A stretch of 64,000 bases of DNA, taken from positions 800,001 to 864,000 of the forward strand of contig CAWCKJ010000003.1 in assembly GCA_963796105.1 (NCBI GenBank), read 5' to 3'. The notes below the pieces were generated by a model. It was not told where the DNA came from. It was given only the letters and a program-made list of their open reading frames with translations, and did not search any database. A program made the position numbers and the translations under genes. The stretch is from a candidate division FCPU426 bacterium (lineage in GTDB: Bacteria > Oederibacteriota > Muellerivitia > Muellerivitales > Muellerivitaceae). This document shows, piece after piece, positions 1 through 9,956 of the stretch (positions are counted from its first letter, which is position 1; the number at the start of each line of letters is the position of its first letter).

Positions 1-372
1 CCACCACCAGGCATCGGTTATTTCGAACATAAACCTCAGAAAAGGGCGAATCTCCTCGTGCCAGCTTGGCAAATAAAATAATTAATAATAACGCGCAATT
101 AATCCAGAAAAATATTTTTAAGTATTTCCTCAAGATTTCGTCCTAAGAGAGTTCTACGGCGTTAACTCGGAGCCATCGAAGGCCATATAAACCCAACCAA
201 CTATTTTCAAGTTTATCATACCGGGTGATGCCAATGGGTCATCACAAACCAAACACAGACTGTCCCCAAAATAGGGCACAGAACATCCCAGGCATTATTG
301 GAATCCAAGTGAAAACTTCCAGGGGTTACATTTAAGTACCGGCGGAAATAAGACGGGGCGGGAGGCGCGGAT

Positions 373-3300
373 TTATCTTAAGACCAATAGCTTTTGGACC
401 GATCTGCCTTCGGAAGTGTGAATCACAACATAATATAGGCCGCTTGCCAGGGGTTTATTCCAATTATCCACTAACTGGATGGGAATAACCCCCCAGGGCA
501 TCGACGGATAATTTTTCTCCTGAACTTTCCGGAAGGCAATGGTGAATATCTGCAGTTTCACGTCCGACAATCCCTTATAGACCGGCGGCAAGACACTGAC
601 TGGGCCGTTTCCATCCGAGGGATTGGGATACAGGTGGGATGAAGCCGTTCCGGGGGTTGGTGTTGAGGAATGGGTATTCGCCGGACTGTTGGTGAAGGTA
701 GGCGTTGGCGTGTCAGTCAAGGTAAAAGTCGGGGTGGAAGTAGCCGTGGTTGTGGGTGTAGAAGTGGCGGTAATGATGGATGTTAGTGTAGAGGTAGCTG
801 TGAATGTGTTGGTCGGCGTGCTCGTGGATGAAAGAGTGCCTGTATTGGTAAAGGTCGCCGTGGGTTTCTCTGTGGGCGTAAAGGACATTGTATTCGTTAA
901 TGTGCTGGTGGGCGTGCTCGTGAGAGTGTTTGTGAAAGTGGAGGTCGATGTCCGAGTTGGGGTGGAAGAAGGGGTGTAAGTAGGTGTCGAGGTTGGAGTA
1001 TTTGTGGGTGTCGGGGTAGGTGTGTTCGTCGGCGTATATGTGGATGTGGCAGTGAGTGTAGGTGACGATGTAGGCGTCATCGTGGGTGAAGCCGTCGGGG
1101 TAAAGGTAATAGTCGGCGTATTCGTGGGTGGAAGGGTGCCTGTGTTGGTGCTGGTCAGTGTAAGGGTCCATGTCAGGGTATTGGTTATGGTCTCCGTAGG
1201 TGTATTCGTCCTGGTCAAAGTGGCTGTGGCTGTCAAAGTATTGGTCAGGGTATTGGTCGATGTTGGCGTTTCTGTCATCGTGCTTGTGACCGTGGGGGAA
1301 GGAGAAGCGGTGAGCGTGGGCGATGGCGTAGCCGTCCTTGTGAAAGTGAGAGTCATAGTATAGGTGGGTGTGCTTGTTATCGTAGAGGTAGCAGTGCTTG
1401 TGGGGGTATTCGACCTTGTGTTCGTCGGAGAATTGGTTGGAGTGTGCGTTAATGTGCTCGTCCAAGTTTCAGTGGCCGTATTTGTGGGAGTATTTGTGAA
1501 AGTGGGAGTCGATGTGCGCGTCGGGGTGGGAGTATCCGTGTAAGTGGGTGATAGAGTCGGTGTATTTGAAGGTGTCGGTGAAGGCGTGATCGTCGGCGTA
1601 TTCGTGGGCGTTCGGGTCATAGTCGGGGTAAGGGTTGTAGTCGGCGTACTCGTGGGTGACTGTGTCCCGGTCGGGGAATTCGTCGGCGTGGGTGTCGGGG
1701 TTGTGATAGGCGTCCGGGTCGGGGTAGATGTGGGGGTATTAGACAGTGTTGAAGTCGGCGTGGAAGTTGGTGTCAAAGTGGCGGTGGGGGTCCTGGTCAA
1801 GGTGCTCGTTTGAGTGGGAGTGGAGGTTGTTGTCGGGGTAGGCGTGGGCGAGTTCGTGGGAGTATTGGTCGTTGTTGGCGAAGCGGTGAGGGATGCCGTA
1901 GGCGTCATCGAAGCAGTTGAAGTATTCGTCGGTGTAGGCGTCGGCGTCGGGGTAAATGTAGGCGTCCTCGTGGATGTAAGCGTCGGAGTATTGGTGGATG
2001 TCATCGTGGCCGTGCTTGTCATTGTGGGGGTATTGGTAGGGGTCGAAGTCCTCGTGGGAGTGTTGGTGAAAGTAAAAGTTGGAGTAACGGTCGGAGTTGA
2101 AGTCGAGGTGGGCGTAGGAGTCCTGGTCGGGGAAATCGTCAAGGTGTTGGTATACGACAGGGTCCCTGTGGGTGTGTTGGTGGGGGAAGGTGTGGTGGTC
2201 GGCGTATTGGTTTGAGTGGGAGTAGATGTATTCGTCATTGTGGAAGTAGGGGTAGGAGTCATCGTTCTAGTTGGAGTGTTTGTCGGAGTTGGGGTCGGAG
2301 TATTCGTGGGAGTAAGGGTGGGCGTCCTCGTGGGAGTAGAAGTGGATGTTGTCGTTGAGGTTGGAGTCAGGGTATTAGTAGGTGTCAAAGTTGTCGTGTT
2401 TGTCGGGGTTGAAGTGGAAGTCACCGTGGGAGTGGGAGTCGAAGATCTGGTTGGAGTCGGCGTAGGCGAAGGGGTGTCAGTTGGTGTTGGAGTGGCTGTA
2501 TTTGTGGGCGTAGGAGTTGATGTCCTAGTTGGGGTAGGCGTTGAGGTAGACGAAGGGGTCAGAGTCAAAGTCATGGTCATCGTCGGCGTACTCGTTGGTG
2601 TTCGGGTCGAAGTTGGCGATGCCGTATAAGTAGCCGACGATGTGAGGGTCGCCGAAGCCGTTGGGGTATTGGTCCTGGTCAATGTGGGGGTTGGGGTAGC
2701 GGTATTGGTGGACGTGCCGGTTGGGGTATTCGTCGGCGAGAATGTAACTGTATATGTGGGTGTGTTCGTCCGGGTGGGTGTGGCGGTGGTTGTCGGGGTA
2801 GGCGTGGGTGAAACCGTCGCCGTATAGGTTCTGGTACTTGTGGATGTCGTGGTTGGGGTAGGCGTTGAGGTAGACGAAGGGGTCAGAGTAAGTGTCATCG
2901 TAGGCGTATTCGTCGATGTGCGAGTTGGGGTTGGTGAAGCTGTATAAGTAGCCGTCAATGTTGGGGTCGCTGAAGCCGTCGAAGTGTTGGTCCTGGTCAC
3001 AGTAGGGGTTGAGGACGCTGTGTTGGTGGACGTGCTGGCCGGGGAGTTCGTCGGCGTATAAGTAACCGTATTTGTAGGCGTGGACGTCCGGGTCGTGGTT
3101 GGGGTGGCAGTTGGAGTGTTAGTCAAGGTGAAGGTCGGCGTGGGTGAAACCGTAGGCGTGTTGGTCCTGGTGCTGGTCGCAGTCATGGTTGAAGTCAGGG
3201 TGCTTGTGTTTGTAGGCGTGTTTGTCCGGGTCGTGGTTGGCGTGGTTGTTGGAGAGTTTGTTAATGTCAGGGTTGGAGTGGGCGAAACCGTAGGCGTGTT

Positions 3301-5088
3301 TGTCCTGGTACTGGTTGCAGTCATAGTGGAAGTCAAGGTGCTTGTGTTCGTCGGAGTGCTGGTCCTTGTCGCGGTATTCGTGAAAGTGCCGGTTGCGGTG
3401 TTGGTCGGGGTATTGGTCCGGGTGTTGGTCAAGGTGATGGTCGGCGTCTGGGTGGGAGTGTTTGTGAGGGTGTTTGTCCTCGTATTCGTGGGGGAAATGG
3501 TCGGTGTCGGGGTCATGGTCCTCGAAGGCGTGTTGGTGGCCGTGCTCCCCGCGGTGCAAACCACCGAGATGGAAATGCTGTTGCTGGTCACGGGTCCCCC
3601 TCCACCCCAGCTTGCGATTCCCGCGTCGGTAACCACATTGCAGTAGTCGTTCGAATTGGCGCTGTAGGAACCCACGGTAAAGGTGACCGGCACGCAGGCC
3701 CCCCCGGGCAGGTTGCTCACCACCCAGCTCAGGTTCGGGTAGGCCGTGCTCGTGGGGTTGATCGTCACCGCCGCGCCCGACACCGTCACGGTCCAGGTGC
3801 TGTAGCCAGGACCCTGGAAGGCCCAACTTAGGGGATTGGTGATACTGTCCGTGACCGTGACCGAATTCGCCGTGACCGATCCCGATGCGTTGCAAACATT
3901 CAGGGTCATTGTGATGGCGCCGCTGTCCGAATAGTTGGAAGTGGGTCCTCCCGTGGTCTTGGTCAGGGTGATCTTGGGCGGAACCGTGGGGGTGAAAGTC
4001 GGTGTAATCGTAAAGGTGTTGGTGATGGTCGGTGTGTTGGGGGGCGTCAAATAACACCCGATCATCTGCCCGGTTGTCGTGCCGGGAGGGGAAGCCTCAG
4101 TCGGGCTGTAGGTATTGCAGTTCACCGAGACCGTAACGTTATTGTTCGGTTCATAGCTGGTGATTTGGAAGTAGAGGGCGCTTCCTTGGAGCACGCTGAC
4201 ACTGGCATTATTCCACATATTGGGATTCTGGTGCGAATCAACCCGGGAAAGGGCGGTAAAGGGCCCATTTGAGCTAGCGCTATAACCCACAGCCTGGATT
4301 GGAAAGAGAGCGTCCAGGAACATGAGAGGGTTATAGGAAGCTTGGGCGCTGGTGGCCCACTCATAGGCGATATCGCCTCCCGTGTTGCCGAATGTGATGG
4401 AGGCGTTGCCGGTCTTGGGGCAGGGGACAAAACTCCACTGGACAGTCGAGCCGTCCCGGCCGGTCGTATCGGTATTGGCCGGGAAACTGCCGGTACAACT
4501 CGGGCTCCCGCAGGCCAGGATTTGATAGGGAGTCTGGGCCAAGTCCAAATGGTAGGAGCCGTTCCAGCAATTTAAAAGGTTCTGACTTCCTTGCGGGCAT
4601 TCATCCACAATCATAACTGTAACAGAGTAGCCGTTTGCGGTGTTCGTCAAAGCAGCGCAGGCACCGCAGGGATATGCGCCCACACCACCGCCATTGCCGT
4701 TGGCCGCCGCCGTGTCTCCATAGTCATAACTATCAATGGCGGCGAAATAATTAGGGTCATAAGTGCCGATGGGGTATCCGCAGGCGGAGGGGGAACCCGG
4801 AACCGAGAACCATGTCGGTTGGTTCTCCTGGAAAACGACTTGGGTATCGCTGGGACAAAAAATGGGGGTTGTCATCAAGGTTGGAATCGCGATCGCGGTG
4901 GTACTGCAAGTGTATGTAACGGGAGTTCCTGCGGCAAAGGAGGAACCTTGATTATTCGCGTAAAACAAAAACCCCATAACCGCCAACCTCAAAAAGCGAT
5001 TTAAAGGCACAATGGGATAAAGCGCTTTCAGGCTCCAATTATTTTTGTCAGATTTAACCGGTTTCATTTTTTTATAAATACCTTGCAA
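373..5088 (-). CDS. Large secreted expansin-like protein (DPBB + CBM63-like), DUF11/Ig-like domain, ~950-aa Thr/Pro-rich stalk, C-terminal T9SS/FlgD-like sorting domain
   Basis: N-terminal [31 protein letters not shown] and VQWSFVPCP match expansin domain 1; [23 protein letters not shown] is Ig/DUF11-like; long (T/S/N)-P-T repeats; C-terminal [27 protein letters not shown]. Start codon uncertain. Confidence 0.8.
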   Translation of the reverse strand: MQGIYKKMKPVKSDKNNWSLKALYPIVPLNRFLRLAVMGFLFYANNQGSSFAAGTPVTYTCSTTAIAIPTLMTTPIFCPSDTQVVFQENQPTWFSVPGSPSACGYPIGTYDPNYFAAIDSYDYGDTAAANGNGGGVGAYPCGACAALTNTANGYSVTVMIVDECPQGSQNLLNCWNGSYHLDLAQTPYQILACGSPSCTGSFPANTDTTGRDGSTVQWSFVPCPKTGNASITFGNTGGDIAYEWATSAQASYNPLMFLDALFPIQAVGYSASSNGPFTALSRVDSHQNPNMWNNASVSVLQGSALYFQITSYEPNNNVTVSVNCNTYSPTEASPPGTTTGQMIGCYLTPPNTPTITNTFTITPTFTPTVPPKITLTKTTGGPTSNYSDSGAITMTLNVCNASGSVTANSVTVTDSITNPLSWAFQGPGYSTWTVTVSGAAVTINPTSTAYPNLSWVVSNLPGGACVPVTFTVGSYSANSNDYCNVVTDAGIASWGGGGPVTSNSISISVVCTAGSTATNTPSRTMTPTPTISPTNTRTNTLTNTPTQTPTITLTNTRTNTPTNTATGTFTNTATRTSTPTNTSTLTSTMTATSTRTNTPTVSPTPTLTLTNSPTTTPTTTRTNTPTNTSTLTSTMTATSTRTNTPTVSPTPTFTLTNTPTATPTTTRTSTPTNTVTYTPTNSPASTSTNTASSTPTVTRTNTSTASATPTLTATYTASPTPTRTSTNTPTMTLTLTPSSTSTPTPTTTSTSTRTYTATVSPTPTPTTTATPTRTNTPTYTVTFSPTNTPTGTSTNTATPTPTLTRTNTPTASATLTSSATYTASPTSTRTPTSTPTMTMTLTLTPSSTSTPTPTRTSTPTPTNTATPTPTDTPSPTPTPTRSSTPTPTVTSTSTPTNTTTLTPTNTLTPTSTTTSTSTPTRTPTLTPTNTPTPTPTNTPTRTMTPTPTSTMTNTSTPTQTNTPTTTPSPTNTPTGTLSYTNTLTISPTRTPTPTSTSTPTVTPTFTFTNTPTRTSTPTNTPTMTSTATMTSTNTPTLTSTRTPTFTPTPTPTPTNTSTASMTPTASLTASPTTTNTPTNSPTPTPTTTSTPTQTSTLTRTPTATLTPTSTPTSTLSNTPTSTPTRTPITTPTPTPTNSPTGTQSPTSTPTTTLTPTMTRTPTNTPTITPSPTPSNTPTLSPTYTDTPTPTRTSTPTFTNTPTNTATETWTSTLTHTPTNSPTNTRSNTPTSTATSTITSTPTYTMTLTFTRTATPSPTLTASPSPTVTSTMTETPTSTNTLTNTLTATATLTRTNTPTETITNTLTWTLTLTSTNTGTLPPTNTPTITFTPTASPTMTPTSSPTLTATSTYTPTNTPTPTPTNTPTSTPTYTPSSTPTRTSTSTFTNTLTSTPTSTLTNTMSFTPTEKPTATFTNTGTLSSTSTPTNTFTATSTLTSIITATSTPTTTATSTPTFTLTDTPTPTFTNSPANTHSSTPTPGTASSHLYPNPSDGNGPVSVLPPVYKGLSDVKLQIFTIAFRKVQEKNYPSMPWGVIPIQLVDNWNKPLASGLYYVVIHTSEGRSVQKLLVLR

Positions 5089-5546
5089 TGATTTTATTCG
5101 CTATCGCTTGATAAGCAAATATTTCCGGAGGAGATTACCAGCAAAGCTTACCGCATTTGGTTTCTTTTGGGGTAATGAAACCGCGATAGGTTTATCGATC
5201 AAGTTGAACTAAAAAATCTTAATTGCTGCTTTTGGCGCCGCTTCATGAATGACATAAGTGTGTTGCGAACGCTAATCCCCCAGCCGTTTGCCAAGTCCGA
5301 TAACGAAATTCCCACTGAGAAATTCTTATCGTTGATCCTCCGTCAACCCAACCCACCAACCGTTGTGACGATAAACATGAGTTATTTATCGTTTGCCCCT
5401 AATGATCACATTTAAATTTGATTAATCGGCGGATTAGAGATAGCTTTTAACAAAGAGGTACAGGGTGCTTATTCCGCGGACTCATTCCCAAAAAGTTTTC
5501 AACTTTCCCCAGAAAATATTTTATTGCCTCTCCTTAAAAGGCGCCC

Positions 5547-5831
5547 ATGTATAAAAAATCCCTGATCACCCTTATTTTGGACGCCAATTTAAATAAGAAC
5601 GCGTTGGAACATGTCTACTCGAAACCGGAATCAAAGAATGAGTCAAAACTCTCGAAGGAAGCCCTCCTTGCCAGCCACCAAGCCGTATTCAAGGATTTAG
5701 TCCGTTATATCACCTCGATCATCCGCCATAAAATCAACGACAGCCTCTCGGACGAGGAACATGCCCATATCCGAAGCCGTGTCGAGAATTTCCTTGTGGA
5801 GCACGGCATACAAATCAACCGCTATAACTGA
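5547..5831 (+). CDS. Hypothetical protein (94 aa)
   Basis: ATG ORF with AAGG upstream, converging on the hairpin at 5862-5886. Confidence 0.6.
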   Translation: MYKKSLITLILDANLNKNALEHVYSKPESKNESKLSKEALLASHQAVFKDLVRYITSIIRHKINDSLSDEEHAHIRSRVENFLVEHGIQINRYN

Positions 5832-5850
5832 AATCCCGGCTTCGAGAGTC

Positions 5851-5886
5851 AAAAATAAAAAAACGGCCGGAAATTATCCGGCCGTT
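5851..5886 (-). terminator. Rho-independent terminator (probably bidirectional)
   Basis: aacggccgga-aatta-tccggccgtt stem preceded by an A-run (U-tract on the minus strand), between convergent genes. Confidence 0.75.
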
Positions 5887-5912
5887 CAGCAAAACTAATC
5901 GGGATTTATTGA

Positions 5913-6128
5913 TTAATGGACGTCCGCGGGATGGGCATCATCATGATGCTCTTCCTTTTTCAATTCATGCTTTGCAATTTTATGGTGGTGCCTTTTTTTC
6001 TTCTTTAGAACTTTATGTATTTCTTTTTGGTCCTTATGCTCGCCCGGATGATCCATTTCATCTGCCATTGTGATTCCAACGCTTCCTAAAAACAAAACTC
6101 CAAGCAAAACCAAGAATAAACGTTTCAT
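5913..6128 (-). CDS. Small exported His/Lys-rich protein
   Basis: GGAGG RBS before MKRLFLVLLGVLFLGSVGITMA signal peptide; mature part rich in H/K/E/D. Confidence 0.7.
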   Translation of the reverse strand: MKRLFLVLLGVLFLGSVGITMADEMDHPGEHKDQKEIHKVLKKKKRHHHKIAKHELKKEEHHDDAHPADVH

Positions 6129-6222
6129 TCTTCCTCCTCGAAAATTTATCCAGCCTTTGGGGCACTTTACCACGATCGGATTAAAAAAGCTTTAATTTGG
6201 TTATCTCAATCAAAAAAAGATT

Positions 6223-7731
6223 TTAGCGAATGATTGTTAGTTTTCTCGTAATCGACTGGTTTGCGGCGGTCACACTGCATAGGTAGGTCCCGCTGGCTAA
6301 ATTTTGTCCCGCCAGGTTGGATAAATCCCAATCCAAGGTGTTGGTTCCCACTTGGGTCTGGGACGCCGTCAGGTCCTTGCTCCAAACCTTTTCCCCCGTC
6401 AGGTTGAAAACCTTGATGGAGACAGGCATCGGCGAGGGCAGATCGAACCGGACCTTGACGGTTCCCCCGTGGGCCGGGTTGGGATAGCAATAGGTGGTAT
6501 TCGTTGAGAAGGTAAAGTTCCCGTTTTGAGAGACTCCCGTGGGTGTGGGCGTGGGCTCATCGCCCCCTCTCACCGATAGCACCTTGAGGGAATTGGACCT
6601 CATGTGGCTGGTCACGATGGTTTTCGAGTTCCTGTCTGCGCCGTTCAATACAACCACTTCCACCGGGCCGAAACCGTTTCCCGATTCCTCCGCCACCTTG
6701 AGGGTGCTGGAAATTTGGAATTGCTGGCCTGTCCATTGGAAAATGTCCAGTGTGTCGGAATCGCGGTTAGCCGCAATGATGGCCTTGCCTGACCCTAAAT
6801 CCGCCACCGTGAGGCCATTGGGATGGCTTCCGCTGGTGGATAACGGTGCCTGGGCCGCGAGCGTACCGTCGGCTTGCTGGAGATAAACCTGCACGGTGTT
6901 GCCTGAGAAATTCGCCACCACCAAATCGGTTTTTCCATCGTGGTTCAGGTCAGCCATCCTCAAATCAGAGGGCGCGCTTCCATCTGGAAGATTGAGTGTT
7001 TCCAAATGCGTGTAGGCCGAGGGATTATCCGAATTCACCGACAATACCTCGATCTTGTTCGCTGGCAGGCAGGCTACCGCGATCTCGTTGAATCCGTCCC
7101 CGTTCAAATCCCCGATGGCAACCTGTGTCGGTCCATCCGGCATGGGGATATCGGTCCTGGTTCCCAATTTCCCATCCTTCACGGGATAAATGGACAAACT
7201 GGCTGAGCCATAGTCCGCTACCGCCACGAAAGCGGCTCCGCCCGGGCGGGTAAAACCAGCCGCTACCCCGACGGGCAATTTCAAGGTGGGCGCCTCGTCG
7301 GCTTTCATGAACTTTCCGCCCTGCCATTCGAATATTTGGACCAAGCCCGCGTCATAGCCCGTGACCACGATATCATCCCGGTTTTTCCCTTTTAATCTCA
7401 AAGATGCCAAACCCCTGGGGCTCGCGGCCGTAGGTATAGTGGCGGCCAGAGTTAATCCGTTCGGGGACGGAGCGAAAACCTGAAGGGTCGAGTTTTGGGC
7501 GACTAAAAGGGAAGCAGGAGTGGATTGGCCGATGTATGTGGGCGAGCCGAAGTTTGCCACGATTAAATCCTCAACGCCTTTGCCGAAAACATCCCCTGTC
7601 CCGAGACCCCTGGGACTTGTTCCAGCGTCAAGTGAAACCACCGGAGATTGGAATGCCGCGTCCGCCAGGGCCAAAGCCGGCGTGATAAGCAAAGCGAAAA
7701 TAAACATTTTTAAGCTGTTTTTCATAGTCAT
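6223..7731 (-). CDS. FG-GAP/VCBS repeat beta-propeller protein with C-terminal FlgD/T9SS-like domain
   Basis: Signal peptide; GDLNGDGFNEIAV and ADLNHDGKTDLVVAN repeats; short PTPTPT linker; YCYPNP..IKVFNLTGEKV..WDLSNLAGQNLASGTY; AAGGAGG RBS. Confidence 0.85.
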   Translation of the reverse strand: MTMKNSLKMFIFALLITPALALADAAFQSPVVSLDAGTSPRGLGTGDVFGKGVEDLIVANFGSPTYIGQSTPASLLVAQNSTLQVFAPSPNGLTLAATIPTAASPRGLASLRLKGKNRDDIVVTGYDAGLVQIFEWQGGKFMKADEAPTLKLPVGVAAGFTRPGGAAFVAVADYGSASLSIYPVKDGKLGTRTDIPMPDGPTQVAIGDLNGDGFNEIAVACLPANKIEVLSVNSDNPSAYTHLETLNLPDGSAPSDLRMADLNHDGKTDLVVANFSGNTVQVYLQQADGTLAAQAPLSTSGSHPNGLTVADLGSGKAIIAANRDSDTLDIFQWTGQQFQISSTLKVAEESGNGFGPVEVVVLNGADRNSKTIVTSHMRSNSLKVLSVRGGDEPTPTPTGVSQNGNFTFSTNTTYCYPNPAHGGTVKVRFDLPSPMPVSIKVFNLTGEKVWSKDLTASQTQVGTNTLDWDLSNLAGQNLASGTYLCSVTAANQSITRKLTIIR

Positions 7732-7853
7732 AATTCCTCCTTGAATCTAAATACCCCTAAAAGTTATCACAAAGACCGCAAAAATTAAACTGGTGAACCT
7801 TGGCTAAAATTTAATTGATTTACAAAATCAAGGCCATTCGTGGAATATCCAGG

Positions 7854-9125
7854 TCATGCCAACCGGTATAACCCAACCCCGTGGGGAGAAAGCATGATCA
7901 AGCTGTCGTCCTCAACGCCAAGAAGTAGTTCCCCGCTCCAAAGGTCTTTCATGTTCGGGGCCGTCTTCAACCCCAATTCCCGCCAGGGGATGGATACCGT
8001 CATTTCATCCTCGCCCAAGTTGAAAAAGGCTAGGTAACTGACCTTTGGGTCCGGGGAATCCGCCGCCCAGGCGACGAGGTCCCCCATCTCGAAAAGCTCC
8101 CGGTTATTCAGGCTCTTCTGGTTGATTTCCAACAGATCCCGGTTCGCCAGGAGCGCGTAGGTGAAATCGTCCAGGCTGGGCAGATCCCCTCCCATCATGA
8201 GGGGGGACCTGAAAATCGCCCAGAGGCTCATCAAGGTTTTCTGCTCATCGGGGGTCAATCGGTTTTTCCAGCCCTCCTTGCCTTCCTTCCAAATAACCAA
8301 GCGGCCAAGCGGGAGCATGTCCAGGTCCGGCCAATGCCCCGGCCCTGACCTTCCCTGCCAAAGGCGGGCGGTCTGGAACTGGCGCTTTAATTGGCCCCAC
8401 TCGTCCCAGACATCGTCCGAAAGGCGCCACATCTGGGCGTGGCCCCCCAGGTGTTTCTCGAATGCCGTCGTGACGATCTGCCCCCCGGGGGAAAGGCTCA
8501 GGACCATTTCCCTCCCGCATTTCCCGATGGCCTTGGCCATGGCCTCAAGCTCGTCAGCCTGGTAAACAGGCGAGAGCATGTCATCGGCCTTCACGAAGTC
8601 CACGCCCCATTGGGCGTAAAGCTTGAATATGGAATCGTAATAATCCTGGGCGCCGGGCTTTTTCATGTCCACCCCGAACATGTCGGGATTCCAGGGGCAG
8701 AGGCTGTCGGGATTGGCGATATCCCCCGCGTGGAGGGCTGAATCCAAGATAGGGGTATTCTGGGTGACCGCCTGTTTGGGGATGCCCCTCATGATATGGA
8801 TGCCGAACTTGAGGCCCAGGGAATGGATGTAGTCCGCCAAGGGTTTAAACCCGGCGCCGTCCTTCGAGGAGGGGAAACGGTTAGGCGCGGGGATCAGCCT
8901 GCCCCATTCGTCCATCTCCAGGTAAGCCCCGGGTTGGTAGCTGTGGCCCTTGGAATCCAGTCCGGACCACTGGATGTCCACCACAATATATTCCCAGCCA
9001 TAGGCCAGGAGGCGCTTTTTCATCACCCTGACATTGGCCCTGACTTGCGCTTCCGTAACGGCAGTGCCGTAGCAGTCCCAGCTGTTCCAACCCATTGGGG
9101 GTTTCAAGGCAATGGAAGGGGCCAT
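7854..9125 (-). CDS. Glycoside hydrolase family 27 (alpha-galactosidase / beta-L-arabinopyranosidase-like)
   Basis: PPMGWNSW, VVDIQW, GLKFGIH, WGVDFVKADD, MWRLSDD, WPDLDMLPLG motifs. Confidence 0.92.
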   Translation of the reverse strand: MAPSIALKPPMGWNSWDCYGTAVTEAQVRANVRVMKKRLLAYGWEYIVVDIQWSGLDSKGHSYQPGAYLEMDEWGRLIPAPNRFPSSKDGAGFKPLADYIHSLGLKFGIHIMRGIPKQAVTQNTPILDSALHAGDIANPDSLCPWNPDMFGVDMKKPGAQDYYDSIFKLYAQWGVDFVKADDMLSPVYQADELEAMAKAIGKCGREMVLSLSPGGQIVTTAFEKHLGGHAQMWRLSDDVWDEWGQLKRQFQTARLWQGRSGPGHWPDLDMLPLGRLVIWKEGKEGWKNRLTPDEQKTLMSLWAIFRSPLMMGGDLPSLDDFTYALLANRDLLEINQKSLNNRELFEMGDLVAWAADSPDPKVSYLAFFNLGEDEMTVSIPWRELGLKTAPNMKDLWSGELLLGVEDDSLIMLSPHGVGLYRLA

Positions 9126-9180
9126 GATGAAATTTTTTCCTTTCAGAAATTAAGGAATAGAGGTTAGCGCGGATGAGTTT

Positions 9181-9885
9181 CTATTGGCTTAGCTGGGCCT
9201 TAAGGATGGCGTGAAGCTTTTGGTCCACGTATTGCATGGACCAGAAGTGCTTCGGGTTGAGGCTGAACTCGTCATTGCATGCCTTGCAGTCGATGGTTTT
9301 AGCCCTGCAAACCTTGTCGAATTGGGCCATGTTCAGGATCACGAAATGGAATTCCATGACCTTGTCCTTCATGGCCTTCGAGTCGTACTGCTCGTCTGTC
9401 CAGGGCATGGCAGCGTCATCCACCAGCCAGGCGAAAGTCTTGCAGGTTTTCCAGCGCCAATCATCGGAAGTGGAAACGAATATCAATCGGATCTCCGGCT
9501 GGTCTCCGTCCTCCGAGCCCTTATCCGGGATCGCGCAAATGAGGTTGAACCTGATCCCTGTGGGACTGCCCTTCGAGTCCTTCAAGGGAAGCTGTTCGAC
9601 GCTGAAATTGTTATCCAGGGTGATCTTCGTGATCTTCTTGAACTTGTCGTGTTTGACAATGAAACGGCTCGAGTTGGCCCGAATGAAATCATCGAATTCG
9701 GAGCTGGTGAACTGCGGAACCTCCCCCGCCGTTTGGGCGTTGAGCGTGACAGGCTGGGCGACCACCGCTGGCAGACCCACCTCGGTGGGTGTGGGTACCG
9801 GGGCCGGGATGGAGTTGCTCGCGTCCTGGGCCAGGCCAAAGGCCGGCAAAATCGCGAATAAAAGCAAGGAAAGATTCATTTTCAC
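9181..9885 (-). CDS. Exported hypothetical protein
   Basis: Signal peptide (LLLFAILPAFGLA-Q), short PTPT linker, globular C-terminal domain; GTG start after GAGGTG. Confidence 0.65.
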   Translation of the reverse strand: MKMNLSLLLFAILPAFGLAQDASNSIPAPVPTPTEVGLPAVVAQPVTLNAQTAGEVPQFTSSEFDDFIRANSSRFIVKHDKFKKITKITLDNNFSVEQLPLKDSKGSPTGIRFNLICAIPDKGSEDGDQPEIRLIFVSTSDDWRWKTCKTFAWLVDDAAMPWTDEQYDSKAMKDKVMEFHFVILNMAQFDKVCRAKTIDCKACNDEFSLNPKHFWSMQYVDQKLHAILKAQLSQ

Positions 9886-9956
9886 GGCGTCACCTCGCGA
9901 AGGAATTTCCTCAAGTATAACGGCATTCCCCACCCTGATTCAAAGGTTCTTGTGGG

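Noticed and set aside
623..3646. Many Val/Gly-rich plus-strand ORFs
   Set aside because: Antisense shadows of the Thr/Pro codons of the large minus-strand gene; the same applies at 54021, 57294 and 57663.
5290..5400. Possible c-di-GMP-I riboswitch upstream of the expansin gene (GGCAAA-stem on the minus strand)
   Set aside because: Hairpins exist, but the GNRA loop, tetraloop receptor and GCAAA consensus are not met; an Rfam scan would be needed.
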